Assembly (NCBI GenBank): GCA_964016885.1
Contig: OZ024763.1
Coordinates: 6,510,001 to 6,574,000 of the forward strand
Direction of reading: 5' to 3'
DNA length: 64,000 nt
Source of the DNA: Eledone cirrhosa
Lineage: Eukaryota
Shown: positions 14,040-26,700 of the stretch, piece by piece
Numbering within the stretch: position 1 is the first letter of the stretch
Layout of the letters: every line of letters begins with the position of its first letter
The notes under the pieces: model-generated
The model's database searches: none
What the model was told of the DNA's origin: nothing
The model's input: the letters and a program-made list of their open reading frames with translations, nothing else
Program-made: the position numbers and the translations under genes

Positions 14040-16037
14040 TGTCACCACCACCACTGCCACCACCACCACCACTGCCACTACCACCAGTACCACCACCACT
14101 ACCACTACCACCACTACTACCACCACCACTACTACTACCACCACTGCCACCACCACCACCACCACCACTACCACCACCACTGCCACCACCACCACCACCA
14201 CCACTACCACCACCACTGCCACCACCACTACCACCACCACTGCCACCACCACCACCACCACCACTACCACCACCACCACTACAGCTACAACCACCATCAC
14301 CACTACAACCACCATCACCACCACTACCACCGCCACTGCCACTACCACCACTACCACTACCACCACTGCTACCACCACTGCCACCATCACTACAACCACC
14401 ATCACCACCACTACCACCACCACCACCACCACCACCACCACCACCACCGTCACCACCACTACTACCACCATCACCACCACTACTACCATCACTGCCACCA
14501 CCACCACTGCCACTACAACCACCACCACCACCACTGCCACTACTACCACTACCACCACCACTGCCACTACCACCACTACAACCACCACCACCACCACTGC
14601 CACCACTACCACCACTGCCACCGCCACCACTACCACCACCACTGCCACTACAACCACCACCACCACCACCACTGCCACTACTACCACCACTGCCACCACC
14701 ACCACTACCACCACCACTGCCACTACCACCACTACAACCACCACCACCACCACCACTGCCACTACTACCACTACCACCACCACTGCCACTACCACCACTA
14801 CAACCACCACCACCACCACTGCCACCACTACCACCACTGCCACCACCACCACTACCACCACCACTGCCACTACAACCACCACCACCACCACCACTGCCAC
14901 TACTACCACCACTGCCACCACCACCACTACCACCACCACTGCCACTACCACCACTACAACCACCACCACCACCACCACTGCCACTACTACCACTACCACC
15001 ACCACTGCCACTACCACCACTACAACCACCACCACCACCACTGCCACCACTACCACCACTGCCACCACCACCACTACCACCACCACTGCCACTACAACCA
15101 CCACCACCACCACCACTGCCACTACTACCACCACTGCCACCACCACCACTACCACCACCACTGCCACTACCACCACTACAACCACCACCACCACCACTGC
15201 CACCACTACCACCACTGCCACCACCACCACTACCACCACCACTGCCACTACCACCACTACAACCACCACCACCACCACCACTGCCACTACTACCACTACC
15301 ACCACCACTGCCACTACCACCACTACAACCACCACCACCACCACTGCCACCACTACCACCACTGCCACCACCACCACTACCACCACCACTGCCACTACAA
15401 CCACCACCACCACCACCACTGCCACTACTACCACCACTGCCACCACCACCACTACCACCACCACTGCCACTACCACCACTACAACCACCACCACCACCAC
15501 CACTGCCACTACTACCACTACCACCACCACTGCCACTACCACCACTACAACCACCACCACCACCACTGCCACCACTACCACCACTGCCACCACCACCACT
15601 ACCACCACCACTGCCACTACAACCACCACCACCACCACCACTGCCACTACTACCACCACTGCCACCACCACCACTACCACCACCACTGCCACTACCACCA
15701 CTACAACCACCACCACCACCACTGCCACCACTACCACCACTGCCACCACCACCACTACCACCACCACTGCCACTACAACCACCACCACCACCACCACTGC
15801 CACTACTACCACCACTGCCACCACCACCACTACCACCACCACTGCCACTACCACCACTACAACCACCACCACCACCACTGCCACCACTACAACCACCACC
15901 ACCACCACCACTGCCACTACTACCACCACTGCCACCACCACCACTACCACCACCACTGCCACTACCACCACTACAACCACCACCACCACCACCACTGCCA
16001 CTACTACCACCACTGCTACCACCACCACCACCACCAT
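14040..16037. repeat. (ACC/ACT/GCC)n trinucleotide array with higher-order periodicity
   Basis: direct reading; similar arrays at 16280-16800, 18865-19320, 19405-19705, 40830-41500. Confidence 0.92.
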
Positions 16038-17020
16038 CCTCAATGATTCAACCATTACCTCTGTAATGGTAATAATGGTGGTGATAGTAGTTGTAGTAGC
16101 AGTAGTAGTGGTGGTGGTGGTGGTTGTGGTTGTGGTAGTAATAGTAGTAGTAGTAGTGGTAGTGACAGTATAAACTACTAGTACCTACACTCTCACTTCT
16201 ACCCCCCCCCCACCATACCTTGGTTGTGGTTTAGTCCAGTTCATTCAACTTATTTGTATGTCATGTCCTAGGGGAGGTGGTGGGGTGTTGTAGTGGTGGT
16301 GGTGGGGTGTTGTAGTGGTGGTGGTGGTGGTGGTAGTGGTGGTGGTAGTGATAGGTGTGTTGGTGGTAGTGGTGGTGGTGGTGGTAGTGGTGGTGATGGT
16401 GGTAGTGATGGTGGTAGTGATAGGTGTGTTGGTGGTAGTGATGGTGGTAGTTGTGATGGTAGTGGTGGTGGTAGTGGTGGTGGTAGTGGTGGTGGTAGTA
16501 ATAGGTGTGGTGATGGTAGTGGTGGTGGTAGTGATAGGTGTGGTGATGGTAGTGGTGGTGGTAGTGATAGGTGTGTTGGTGGTAGTGGTGGTGGTAATGA
16601 TAGGTGTGGTGATGGTAGTGGTGGTGGTAGTAATAGGTGTGGTGATGGTAGTGGTGGTGGTGGTAGTGATAGGTGTGGTGATGGTAGTGCTGGTGGTAGT
16701 GATAGGTGTGGTGATGGTAGTGGTGGTGGTAGTGGTGGTAGTAGTGGTGGTGGTAGTGATAGGTGTGGTGGTTTTTGTGGTGACGGTGGTGGTGGTAGTG
16801 AATAGATGGATAAATACACAATACACACACACACACACACACACAGACAGACACACACACACGCACAGAAATATACATATATGCACCTATACACACACAT
16901 GTACATCCATACATACCTCAGGTGTCCTGAGTTGGTGGCAAGATCATCTGAGAGACTCGCATGAGAGACTAGCTCTCTATCCCAGGGCATGGTGGTAACA
17001 TTTATCTCATCACACTAAAT

Positions 17021-17716
17021 CAGTGGTGACCAACAGGTGGTCCGTAGGCTACTGGTGGTCCAAGAGAAAATTTTGGTGGTCTGCAGCAAAATGTGGACAT
17101 TTGGCAGTATCGGTAGAGGGTTGGACGCCATGATTTGACGTATAGAGTTACGGCCCTTGCCATTCTGAGTTCAAATCCCGCCGAGGTTAACTTTGCCTTT
17201 CATCCTTACGGGGGTCGATAAAATAAAGTACCAGTAATGCACTGGGTAATTGCTGGCCTTGTGCCAAAAGTAGAAACAATTATTTTGCACGGTGGATTGG
17301 CAGTATCGGTGGAGGGTCGGACGCCATGCTTTCCAGCATAGTTACGTCCCTTTACGATCTGAGTTCAAATCCCGCCGAGGTTGACTTTGCCTTTCATCCT
17401 TACGGGGTCGATAAAATAAAGTACCAGTAATGCACTGGGTAATTGCTGGCCTTGTGCCTAAAGTAGAAACAATTATTTTGCACATTTTATGTTTTATTAA
17501 TAATACAACAAAAGTAATATTCGGTTAAAATGTATTTTATAACACCCCTAAAAATGTTTCTCCTCACTAAAGAACTAACAGCCATGAAAGAATTTTACAC
17601 ATGTGTATCATCTATTGAAAATATGACAAAAGTACGCTGCAGTATTGTTTCAGCCATTGACCATTAATTCATATTAGTGGTCCACTATATTTATAATTAT
17701 GAATTTAGTGGTCCAT
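17021..17716 (+). mobile_element. hAT-like non-autonomous element interrupted by two SINEs
   Basis: 5' end cagtggtgaccaac.. with repeated subterminal gtggtcc motifs at both ends; right terminus not resolved. Confidence 0.45.
17101..17470 (+). mobile_element. two tandem copies of a tRNA-derived SINE (family S1)
   Basis: ttggcagtatcggtagag..gagttcaaatcccgccgaggttaactttgcctttcatccttacggggtcgataaaataaagtaccag..; other copies at about 7065-7175(-), 24532-24725(-), 31700-31880(+), 33305-33640(+), 49733-49892(-), 62120-62228(-), 62385-62480(+). Confidence 0.85.
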
Positions 17717-18045
17717 GAAGGCACATGGCTTAGTGGTTAGAGCATTGGCCTTGCAATCGAAAGGTTGTGAGTTCAATTCTCAGACCGGGTGATGTGTTGT
17801 TTCCTTGAGCAAGACACTTTATTTCACATTGCTCCAGTTTACTCAGCTGTAGAAATGAGATGATAGGGACTGGGGTCCCTATCATTCCACTGCAAAGTGG
17901 TCGTGAAGGTGCCACGGCAAAAAAGCACCCAGCACTCACTGTAAATGAGGTTGGTGTTAGGAAGGGCATCCAGCTGTAGAAATCAAGCCAGAATCAGTTC
18001 CCGTCCCACCCTTGCAAGCAGGGTAAAAGCGGATGTAAAATGAAA
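17717..18045 (+). mobile_element. tRNA/CORE-type SINE with RTE-LINE-derived tail
   Basis: head gaaggcacatggcttagtggttagagc..gtgagttcaattc, core ccttgagcaagacac, tail ggaagggcatccagctgtagaaa..gatgatgat; near-identical copies at 54291-54605(+) and 58440-58724(-). Confidence 0.85.
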
Positions 18046-18121
18046 TGATGATGATGATGATGAAGTCTGAAAGGTTGGTGACCCCTGCACTAAATAATAT
18101 ACCTATTGTTTCTCATTACAG

Positions 18122-18252
18122 TGTACCTAAACCAGAAGATGAGCGTGTGCTGTGTGCCATAGAAGCTGACTCCACTGGAGTGATTTCTCTCCGTCCAGAT
18201 CTGAATAAGGGTAGAAAACCTTACGCTGTTGGATCCTCTGGATTAGGAAGAG
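18122..18252 (+). CDS. MKS1: MKS1 exon (first found in window)
   Basis: ctcattacag|T...GAAGAG|gtatgt; encodes VPKPEDERVLCAIEADSTGVISLRPDLNKGRKPYAVGSSGLGR. Confidence 0.9.
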
Positions 18253-21200
18253 GTATGTTGAGTAGATAGGGAATTAGCAGAGTCGTTAGAACGTCAGATA
18301 GAATGCTTTATGGCAGGCATGTCAAACCTATGGTCCCCCAGGGACCACATGGGTAAATTTAATTGTAATGACCGCAATTAGTTGTTGTGTGTGGCCCTCA
18401 GACAAACAGGCATAAAAACAGTGATGATGATGATGATGATGATGATGATAATACCATGTGTCACTAGTTAAAAATATGTACATTGTACCCCTGCATGTCA
18501 TGAGAGGTGACATAAAGGGCTGGAGTTCAGGAAGGGCCTCTGCTTATAATAACATTGCCTCCAAAAAGGACCCTAAGATGAATATAAAACCGAAGCCTGC
18601 ATTGGGGGCCCCACAAGGATACCCCCCCCCCCCTCCTTGCTTTAGCATTATATCTATTTATGGACCCTTAACTCTTGGTGGAATTGTACGGCTCCATAGC
18701 GTCATAGCATTTTTGAAAACCTGGCACACCTCATCTCCACTCTCTAGGTCTCCAGCAAGATGTGATGACATTGTTGTTGTTGTACTTGCTATTGTTGTTG
18801 CTGTAGTTGTTGTTGTTGTTGTTCTTCTTCTTGCTGTAGTTGTTGTAGCTGCTTCTCTTGTTGCAACAACCACCACCACCACCACTTCAACAACCACCAC
18901 CATCACCACCACAGTCACCACCACTACCTCCACCACTTCAACCACCACCATCATCACCACCACTACCTCCACTACCACCACCACCACCACCATCATCACC
19001 ACCACAGTCACCACCACTACCTCCACCACTTCAACCACCACCATCATCACCACCACTACCTCCACCACCACCACCACCACCACCACCACCACCACCATCA
19101 TCACCACCACCACCACCATCATCACCGCCTCCACTACCACTACCACCATCATCACCACCACCACCACAACCACCACCACCATAGTCACCACCACCACCAC
19201 CACCACAACCACCACCACCATCATCACCACCACTACCTCCACTACCACTACCACCACCACCATCATCACCACCACAACCACCACCATCATCACCGCCATA
19301 GTCACCACCACCACCACCTCTACTGATTGTCATAACCACAGGTCTTAATAGCAGGACATTGTATTATGTAAGGATTAAGGGATTAGGATTAAAAGAGGAT
19401 TACTGGGTGGTGGTGGTGGTGGTGTTGGTGGTGGTGGTGGTGTTGGTGGTGATGTTGTTGGTGGTGGTGGTGGTAGTGGAAGTAGTGGTGGTGACTGGTG
19501 GTGATGGTGGTGGTGGTGTTGGTGGTGATGTTGTTGGTGGTGGCGGTGGTGGTGGAAGTAGTGGTGGTGGTGACTGGTGGTGGTGGTGGTGGTGGTGGTG
19601 TTGGTGGTGGTGTTGGTGGTGGTGGTGTTGGTGGTGGTTGTGGTGATGTTGGTGATGATGATGGTGGTTGTTGTGGTAATGATGGTGGTTGTTGTTGTTG
19701 TTGTTATAGTTGTTAGTTTTTTTAAAAGACTGATAATGCCATATATATTTATACACTAAACACAGACACACATAAGCAAATACACACACACACACACACA
19801 CATATATATAAACACAAAACATACAGATACACAAACACACACATATACACATACATACACACAAAGAAATACAGACACACATATATATATATATATATAT
19901 ATAAACACAAAACATACAGATACACAAACACACACACACACATATACACAAACATACACATACATACACACATAAACAAATACAGACACACATATATATA
20001 TATATATAAACACAAAACATACAGATACACAAACACACACACACATATACACAAACATACACATACATACACACATAAAGAAATACAGACACATATATAT
20101 ATATATATAAACACAATACATACAGATACACAAACACACACACACACATATACACAAACATACACATACATACACACATAAAGAAATACAGACACACATA
20201 TATATATATATAAACACAAAACATACATATACACAAACACACACACACACATATACACAAACATACACATACATACACACATAAACAAATACAGACACAC
20301 ATATATATATATATAAACACAAAACATACAGATACACAAACACACACACACACATATACACAAACATACACAAACATACACACATAAAGAAATACAGACA
20401 CACATATATATATATATATAAACACAAAACATACAGATACACAAACACACACACATATACACAAATATACACACATAAACAAACACATACATACACACAG
20501 AGACCCCCTCCCCCATACACACACACATATATACAGACATATACAGACATACACATACATTAGTAGGTTTAAGTATCATGGCATTTCTTATGTTGAGAAA
20601 TGGAGACATTTTTTCCCCAAGAATATTCCTCTTTAGAACTAATCTCTCTAAATCTCGGTGTGTGTGTGTGTGTATGTGTTTTGGTGTGTGTGTGTGTATG
20701 TGTGTTTTGGTGTGTGTGTGTGTGTATGTGTGTTTTGGTGTGTGTGTATGTGTGTTTTGGTGTGTGTGTGTGTATGTGTGTTTTGGTGTGTATGTGTGTT
20801 TTGGTGTGTGTGTATGTGTGTTTTGGTGGGTGTGTGTGTGTGTATGTGTGTTTTGGTGTGTGTGTGTGTGTGTTTTGATGTGTTTGTGTTTTGGTGTATA
20901 TGTGTGTTTTGGTGTGTGTGTATGTGTGTTTTGGTGTGTGTGTATGTGTGTTTTGGTGTGTGTGTGTATGTGTGTTTTGGTGTGTGTGTATGTGTGTTTT
21001 GGTGTGTGTGTATGTGTGTTTTGGTGTGTGTATGTGTGTTTTGGTGTGTGTGTTTTCGTGTGTTCTGATGTGTGTATGTATGTCGTGGTGTTTTGGTGTG
21101 TATAAGTAAAGAGAAGATAATAATAAAACAATAACAACCACCATCTTACCTATAACACTGCGATGTAATAATATTGTTTCTTTCCTTCTTCTTCCCCCTC

Positions 21201-23679
21201 CTCCTTCCAGATGTATTTGAATATACAATAGAACATGTCTCCGACAATATCAGCAGGTTGGTATATTTTATATATTGTGACCCTAAATAGACCAGCAGTT
21301 GATTGATGGAGCTTGAAACTGTGTATCCTTGAATAGGGCTTGAAACTATGTCCAAGACAGCTGATGATTGAGGAGCTTTTGTGTTTGTTGCTTATTTTGC
21401 TCTATACGTATTGATTGAATCAGTTGACAAGATCTCAGACCGTGTTCGCTTACCAAGTGGGGTTGGATTTCATGAAATTGGACCAAGGAAACAATATACT
21501 GTTGATAGGGCTTGAAGTTGTCTCTATCCTTGAATAGGGCTTGAAATTATGTACAAGACAGTTGATGACTGCAGAGCTTTTGTGTTTGTTGCTTATTTTG
21601 CTCTATAAATATTGATCAAATCAATCAATCAGATCCCAGACCCTGTTTGCTTATTGAGTGTGAGAGGATATTATCAAATCAGACCTAGGAAACAATATAC
21701 TGTTGATAGGGCTTGAAGTTGTCTCTATCCTTGAATAGGGCTTGAAATTATGTACAAGACAGTTGATGACTGCAGAGCTTTTGTGTTTGTTGCTTATTTT
21801 GCTCTATAAATATTGATCAAATCAATCAATCAGATCCCAGACCCTGTTTGCTTATTGAGTGTGAGAGGATATTATCAAATCAGACCTAGGAAACAATATA
21901 CTGTTGATAGGGCTTGAAACTGTGTACATCCATTGAGACAGCTGATGACTGGAGTTTTTGTGTCTGTTGCCTATTTTTCTCTCTATATATATTGATCCAT
22001 TCAATTGACAAGATCCCAGACCTCACTTGCTTACCGAGTGAGGGTGGAGCTCATCAGACCAGACCAAGGAAACAATGTTCCCATTGGTCTTTCCAATTAC
22101 TGATACTATTACTATCTACTGGTCACAACTCCTGACAGAAGGACGGACCAATGTGAAATAAAGTGTCTTGCTCAAGAACATAACACATCACCTGATCTGG
22201 GAATTGAACTCACGACCTGACAATTTTCTTTTATTTTTTGACTGGTTTCAATCATTGGACTTTGGGTAATGATGGGGCACTTCCTTTAAACTTCTTTAAC
22301 CCTTTCACTGCCATATTTCTAATGAAAGACACTGTCTATGTCTTTAACACTTTCATTACCATATTTCTAATGAAAGACACTGTCTATATCTTTAACCCTT
22401 TCATTACCATATTTCTAATGAAAGACAGTCTATGTCTTTAACCCTTTCATTACCATATTTCTAATGAAAGACACTGTCTATGTCTAACCCTTTCATTACC
22501 ACATTTCTAATGAGAGACACTGTCTATGTCTTTAACCCTTTCATTACCATATTTCTAATGAAAGACACTATCTTATAATTTTTGAAAATAATCAATAATT
22601 TGAAAGGTTTAGCAATATATTTAAAGCTTTCTCATTATTAAGTTGGTGTTAGGAACATAACTTAAATGTTTTTACATTAAATTCTGATGGAAGGTTTTTA
22701 GGGTATAAATTCTGGTAAAGCCCCTTCACATATACTCCCTCATAACAATACTACATGTGTCTGACTGTTTGGATAATTCCACACCACATTCTGTTGTTTC
22801 AGAGAATATTATGAACAGGAACAGAAGATGTACAGTGAGGTATGTATTGTTTAGCTCTTTTACTGGTGTCAAACATTAGACTGTGGACTGTGGCCAAGCT
22901 GGGGCACTGCCTTCTTTTACTAGTGTCAGACATTAGACTGTGGACTGTGGCCAAGCTGGGGCACTGCCTTCTTTTACTAGTGTCAGACATTAGACTGTGG
23001 ACTGTGGCCAAGCTGGGGCACTGCCCTCTTTTACTAGTGTCAGACATTAGACTGTGGACTGTGGCCAAGCTGGGGCACTGCCTTCCTTTACTGGTCTCTG
23101 CCATCAGACTGTTGCCATGCTGGGGCACTCTCTTGCTTTAGTCAATCATATCAACTCCAGTATTCTTATACTGGTTTCTGTCATTATACTGTGGCCATGC
23201 TGGGGCACTGTCTTGATTTAGTCCACTGTATCAACCCCAGTATTCTTTACTGACTTGTGCCATCAGATGGTGGCCATGCTGGGGCACTACCTTGATTTAG
23301 TCCATCATATCAACTCCAATATTCTTTTACTGGTTTCTGTCATTAGACTGTGGTCATGCTGGAGCAGTACCTTGGTTTAGTCCATCATATCAACCCCAGT
23401 ACTGATCTGATCTGAATCTAACCCCATCCACTCTATTCCATTACAGCTCTACCAAAGACACAACAGTCTTCTCGCTACATTTGTTGGTAAAGAATTTGAA
23501 GTGGTAAGAAAGGTTTTTCCTTCTAATTCAATTTTGTTGAAATTTATTTATGTTTTTTTTTTCTCTTAATGAAATTCCCACATAAATGTGGGAATTTCTT
23601 GAAACTTGCTGAGAAAGGAATAATAAGCTGATATCTTCATTGTACTGTATTGTTTTCTTGTGTTGTTTATCTGTTTACA

Positions 23680-23750
<71 letters not shown>

Positions 23751-26700
23751 TAGAGTCTGCTGTGCCAAGACTGAGGAGACCACTAATCATGTGAGTACTT
23801 GACACATGGGGAGAATTATAGTAGGTATAGGGATATGTAAAATCTCGACTGTGGCCCCAACCGGTTTTGGCTTGTGTGTTCAGCAAGCCCTTGAAAAGGT
23901 CAGGCTTTTACATCTCTCTCTCCTTCTCTTGCTATACTCAATTACACCTCCCAAGGGCGATGACACACGACCGGAACCTCTGGCGTCACGCAGTAATACA
24001 GAAGACCTGACTTGCCACGGGTACAAGCCAAAGCTGAAGCATATAGACAATATGCCCCCACCCCCTCCCACTACAAAGTGGTCGTGGAGGTACCACGGCA
24101 AAAAAGCACCCAGCCCACACTGTAAAGTGGATGTGGAGGTGCCACGGAAAAAAAGCACCCAGCCCACACTGTAAAGTGGATGTGGAGGTGCCACGGAAAA
24201 AAAGCACCCAGCCCACACTGTAAAGTGGATGTGGAGGTGCCACGGAAAAAAAGCACCCAGCCCACACTGTAAAGTGGATGTGGAGGTGCCACGGAAAAAA
24301 ATCACCCAGCCCACACTGTAAAGTGGATGTGGAGGTGCCACGGCAAAAAAAGCACCCAGCCCACACTGTAAAGTGGATGTGGAGGTGCCACGGAAAAAAT
24401 GCACCCAGCACTCACTGTAAATGAGGTTGGTGTTAGGAAGGGCATCCAGCTGTAGAAATCAAGCCAGAATCAGTTCCTGTAAAGCATGTTGTTAGATGTT
24501 CTATCAATGACTGCCAATCCATCACCCAGTAATAATTGTTTCTACTTTTGGCACAAGGCCAGCAATTACCTCAGTGTATTACTGGTACTTTATTTTATCG
24601 ACCCCCGTAAGGATGAAAGGCAAAGTTAACCTTGGCGGGATTTGAACTCAGAATGGCAAGGGCCGTAACTCTATGCGTCAAAGCTTGGCGTCCGACCCTC
24701 TACCGATACTGCCAATCCACCGCCATTTAATAATAATAATAAACCACCCAGTAATAATAATAATAAACTGTCTGTTTTCTCCTTTCAGATTGAGAAAAAT
24801 GTGTTGCGGGTCATGTTGTTTGGAGAAATTGGTAAGTTGGGTCTCTCTTACCTCCCTTTAAATTGCTGGCCTTGTGCCAAAAATAGAAACAATTATTATC
24901 ATTATTATACATTTCTTTTTCAGAATCTGCCAAGAATTTTGAATACGATAATCTCTATCTGCATTTTTTTGTTGAACTACCAAAAGGTGAGTGAATAAAA
25001 CCTTATATACATATATATATTAAGGAACGATCGACTTTCGTCAAATCGGACCGAGGGAACAATGTTTCCGTTGGTCTTTCCAATTGCTAATACTATCTAT
25101 CGGTCACAACTCCAGATAGAAGGAGCAACGTGAAATAAAGTGTCTTGCTCAAGGACATAACGCATCGCCCGGTCCAGGAATCGAACTCACAACCTTACGA
25201 TTGCAAATCCAATTCTCTAACCACTCAGCCACACGCCTTCATATATATATATATATATATCATCATCATCATCGTTTAACTTCCACACTAGTATGGGTTA
25301 AATAGGTTGTCCCATTAGAGGCAAGTTGGGTTAGGTGTCCATTACTTACTCATATAGAACTGTTTCTGGCTTGGTTTCTACAGCAGGATGCCCCTCCTAA
25401 CGCCAACCACATTTACTGTGTGTGCTGGCTGCTTTTTGTCATGACACCCACACGACCACTTTACAGTGTGGGCTGGATTTGTTTTGTTCACAGTGTATGG
25501 GTGGTGGGGACAGAAGTGGGTGGGGGTATAGTGGTTAAGTGGTGCCTACTAGCTGTTTGGTTCCTCTGTGTTGAGACCTGGTGTACATGAGAGAGATGGG
25601 GAGAGTGGGAGAGATAGAGGTGGTGACAGTGGGAGTTTGGTTCCTCTGTGTTGAGACCTGGTGTACATGAGAGAGATGGGGAGAGTGGGAGAGATAGAGG
25701 TGGTGACAGTGGGGGTTTGGTTCCTCTGTGTTGAGACCTGGTGTACATGAGAGAGATGGGGAGAGTGGGAGAGATAGAGGTGGTGACAGTGGGGGTTTGG
25801 TTCCTCTGTGTTGAGACCTGGTGTACATGAGAGAGATGGGGAGAGTGGGAGAGATAGAGGTGGTGACAGTGGGGGTTTGGTTCCTCTGTGTTGAGACCTG
25901 GTGTACATGAGAGAGATGGGGAGAGTGGGAGAGATAGAGGTGGTGACAGTGGGAGTTTGGTTCCTCTGTGTTGAGACCTGGTGTACATGAGAGAGATGGG
26001 GAGAGTGGGAGAGATAGAGGTGGTGACAGTGGGGGTTTGGTTCCTCTGTGTTGAGACCTGGTGTACATGAGAGAGATGGGGAGAGTGGGAGAGATAGAGG
26101 TGGTGACAGTGGGGGTTTGGTTCCTCTGTGTTGAGACCTGGTGTACATGAGAGAGATGGGGAGAGTGGGAGAGATAGAGGTGGTGACAGTGGGGGTTTGG
26201 TTCCTCTGTGTTGAGACCTGGTGTACATGAGAGAGGTGGGGAGAGTGGGAGAGATAGAGGTGGTGACAGTGGGGGTTTGGTTCCTCTGTGTTGAGACCTG
26301 GTGTACATGAGAGAGATGGGGAGAGTGGGAGAGATAGAGGTGGTGACAGTGGGGGTTTGGTTCCTCTGTGTTGAGACCTGGTGTACATGAGAGAGATGGG
26401 GAGAGTGGGAGAGATAGAGGTGGTGACAGTGGGAGTTTGGTTCCTCTGTGTTGAGACCTGGTGTACATGAGAGAGATGGGGAGAGTGGGAGAGATAGAGG
26501 TGGTGACAGTGGGGGTTTGGTTCCTCTGTGTTGAGACCTGGTGTACATGAGAGAGATGGGGAGAGTGGGAGAGATAGAGGTGGTGACAGTGGGGGTTTGG
26601 TCCCTCTGTGTTGAGACCTGGTGTACATGAGAGAGATGGGGAGAGTGGGAGAGATAGAGGTGGTGACAGTGGGGGTTTGGTTCCTCTGTGTTGAGACCTG

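Noticed and set aside
13983-16173. Mucin-like poly-Thr, poly-Pro or poly-Val ORFs of about 700 aa
   Set aside because: Trinucleotide repeat open in several frames on both strands, with no signal peptide, domain or splice context.
17717-17790. tRNA gene
   Set aside because: A/B-box-like head without a proper acceptor stem, continuing directly into SINE core; multiple diverged copies in the window.
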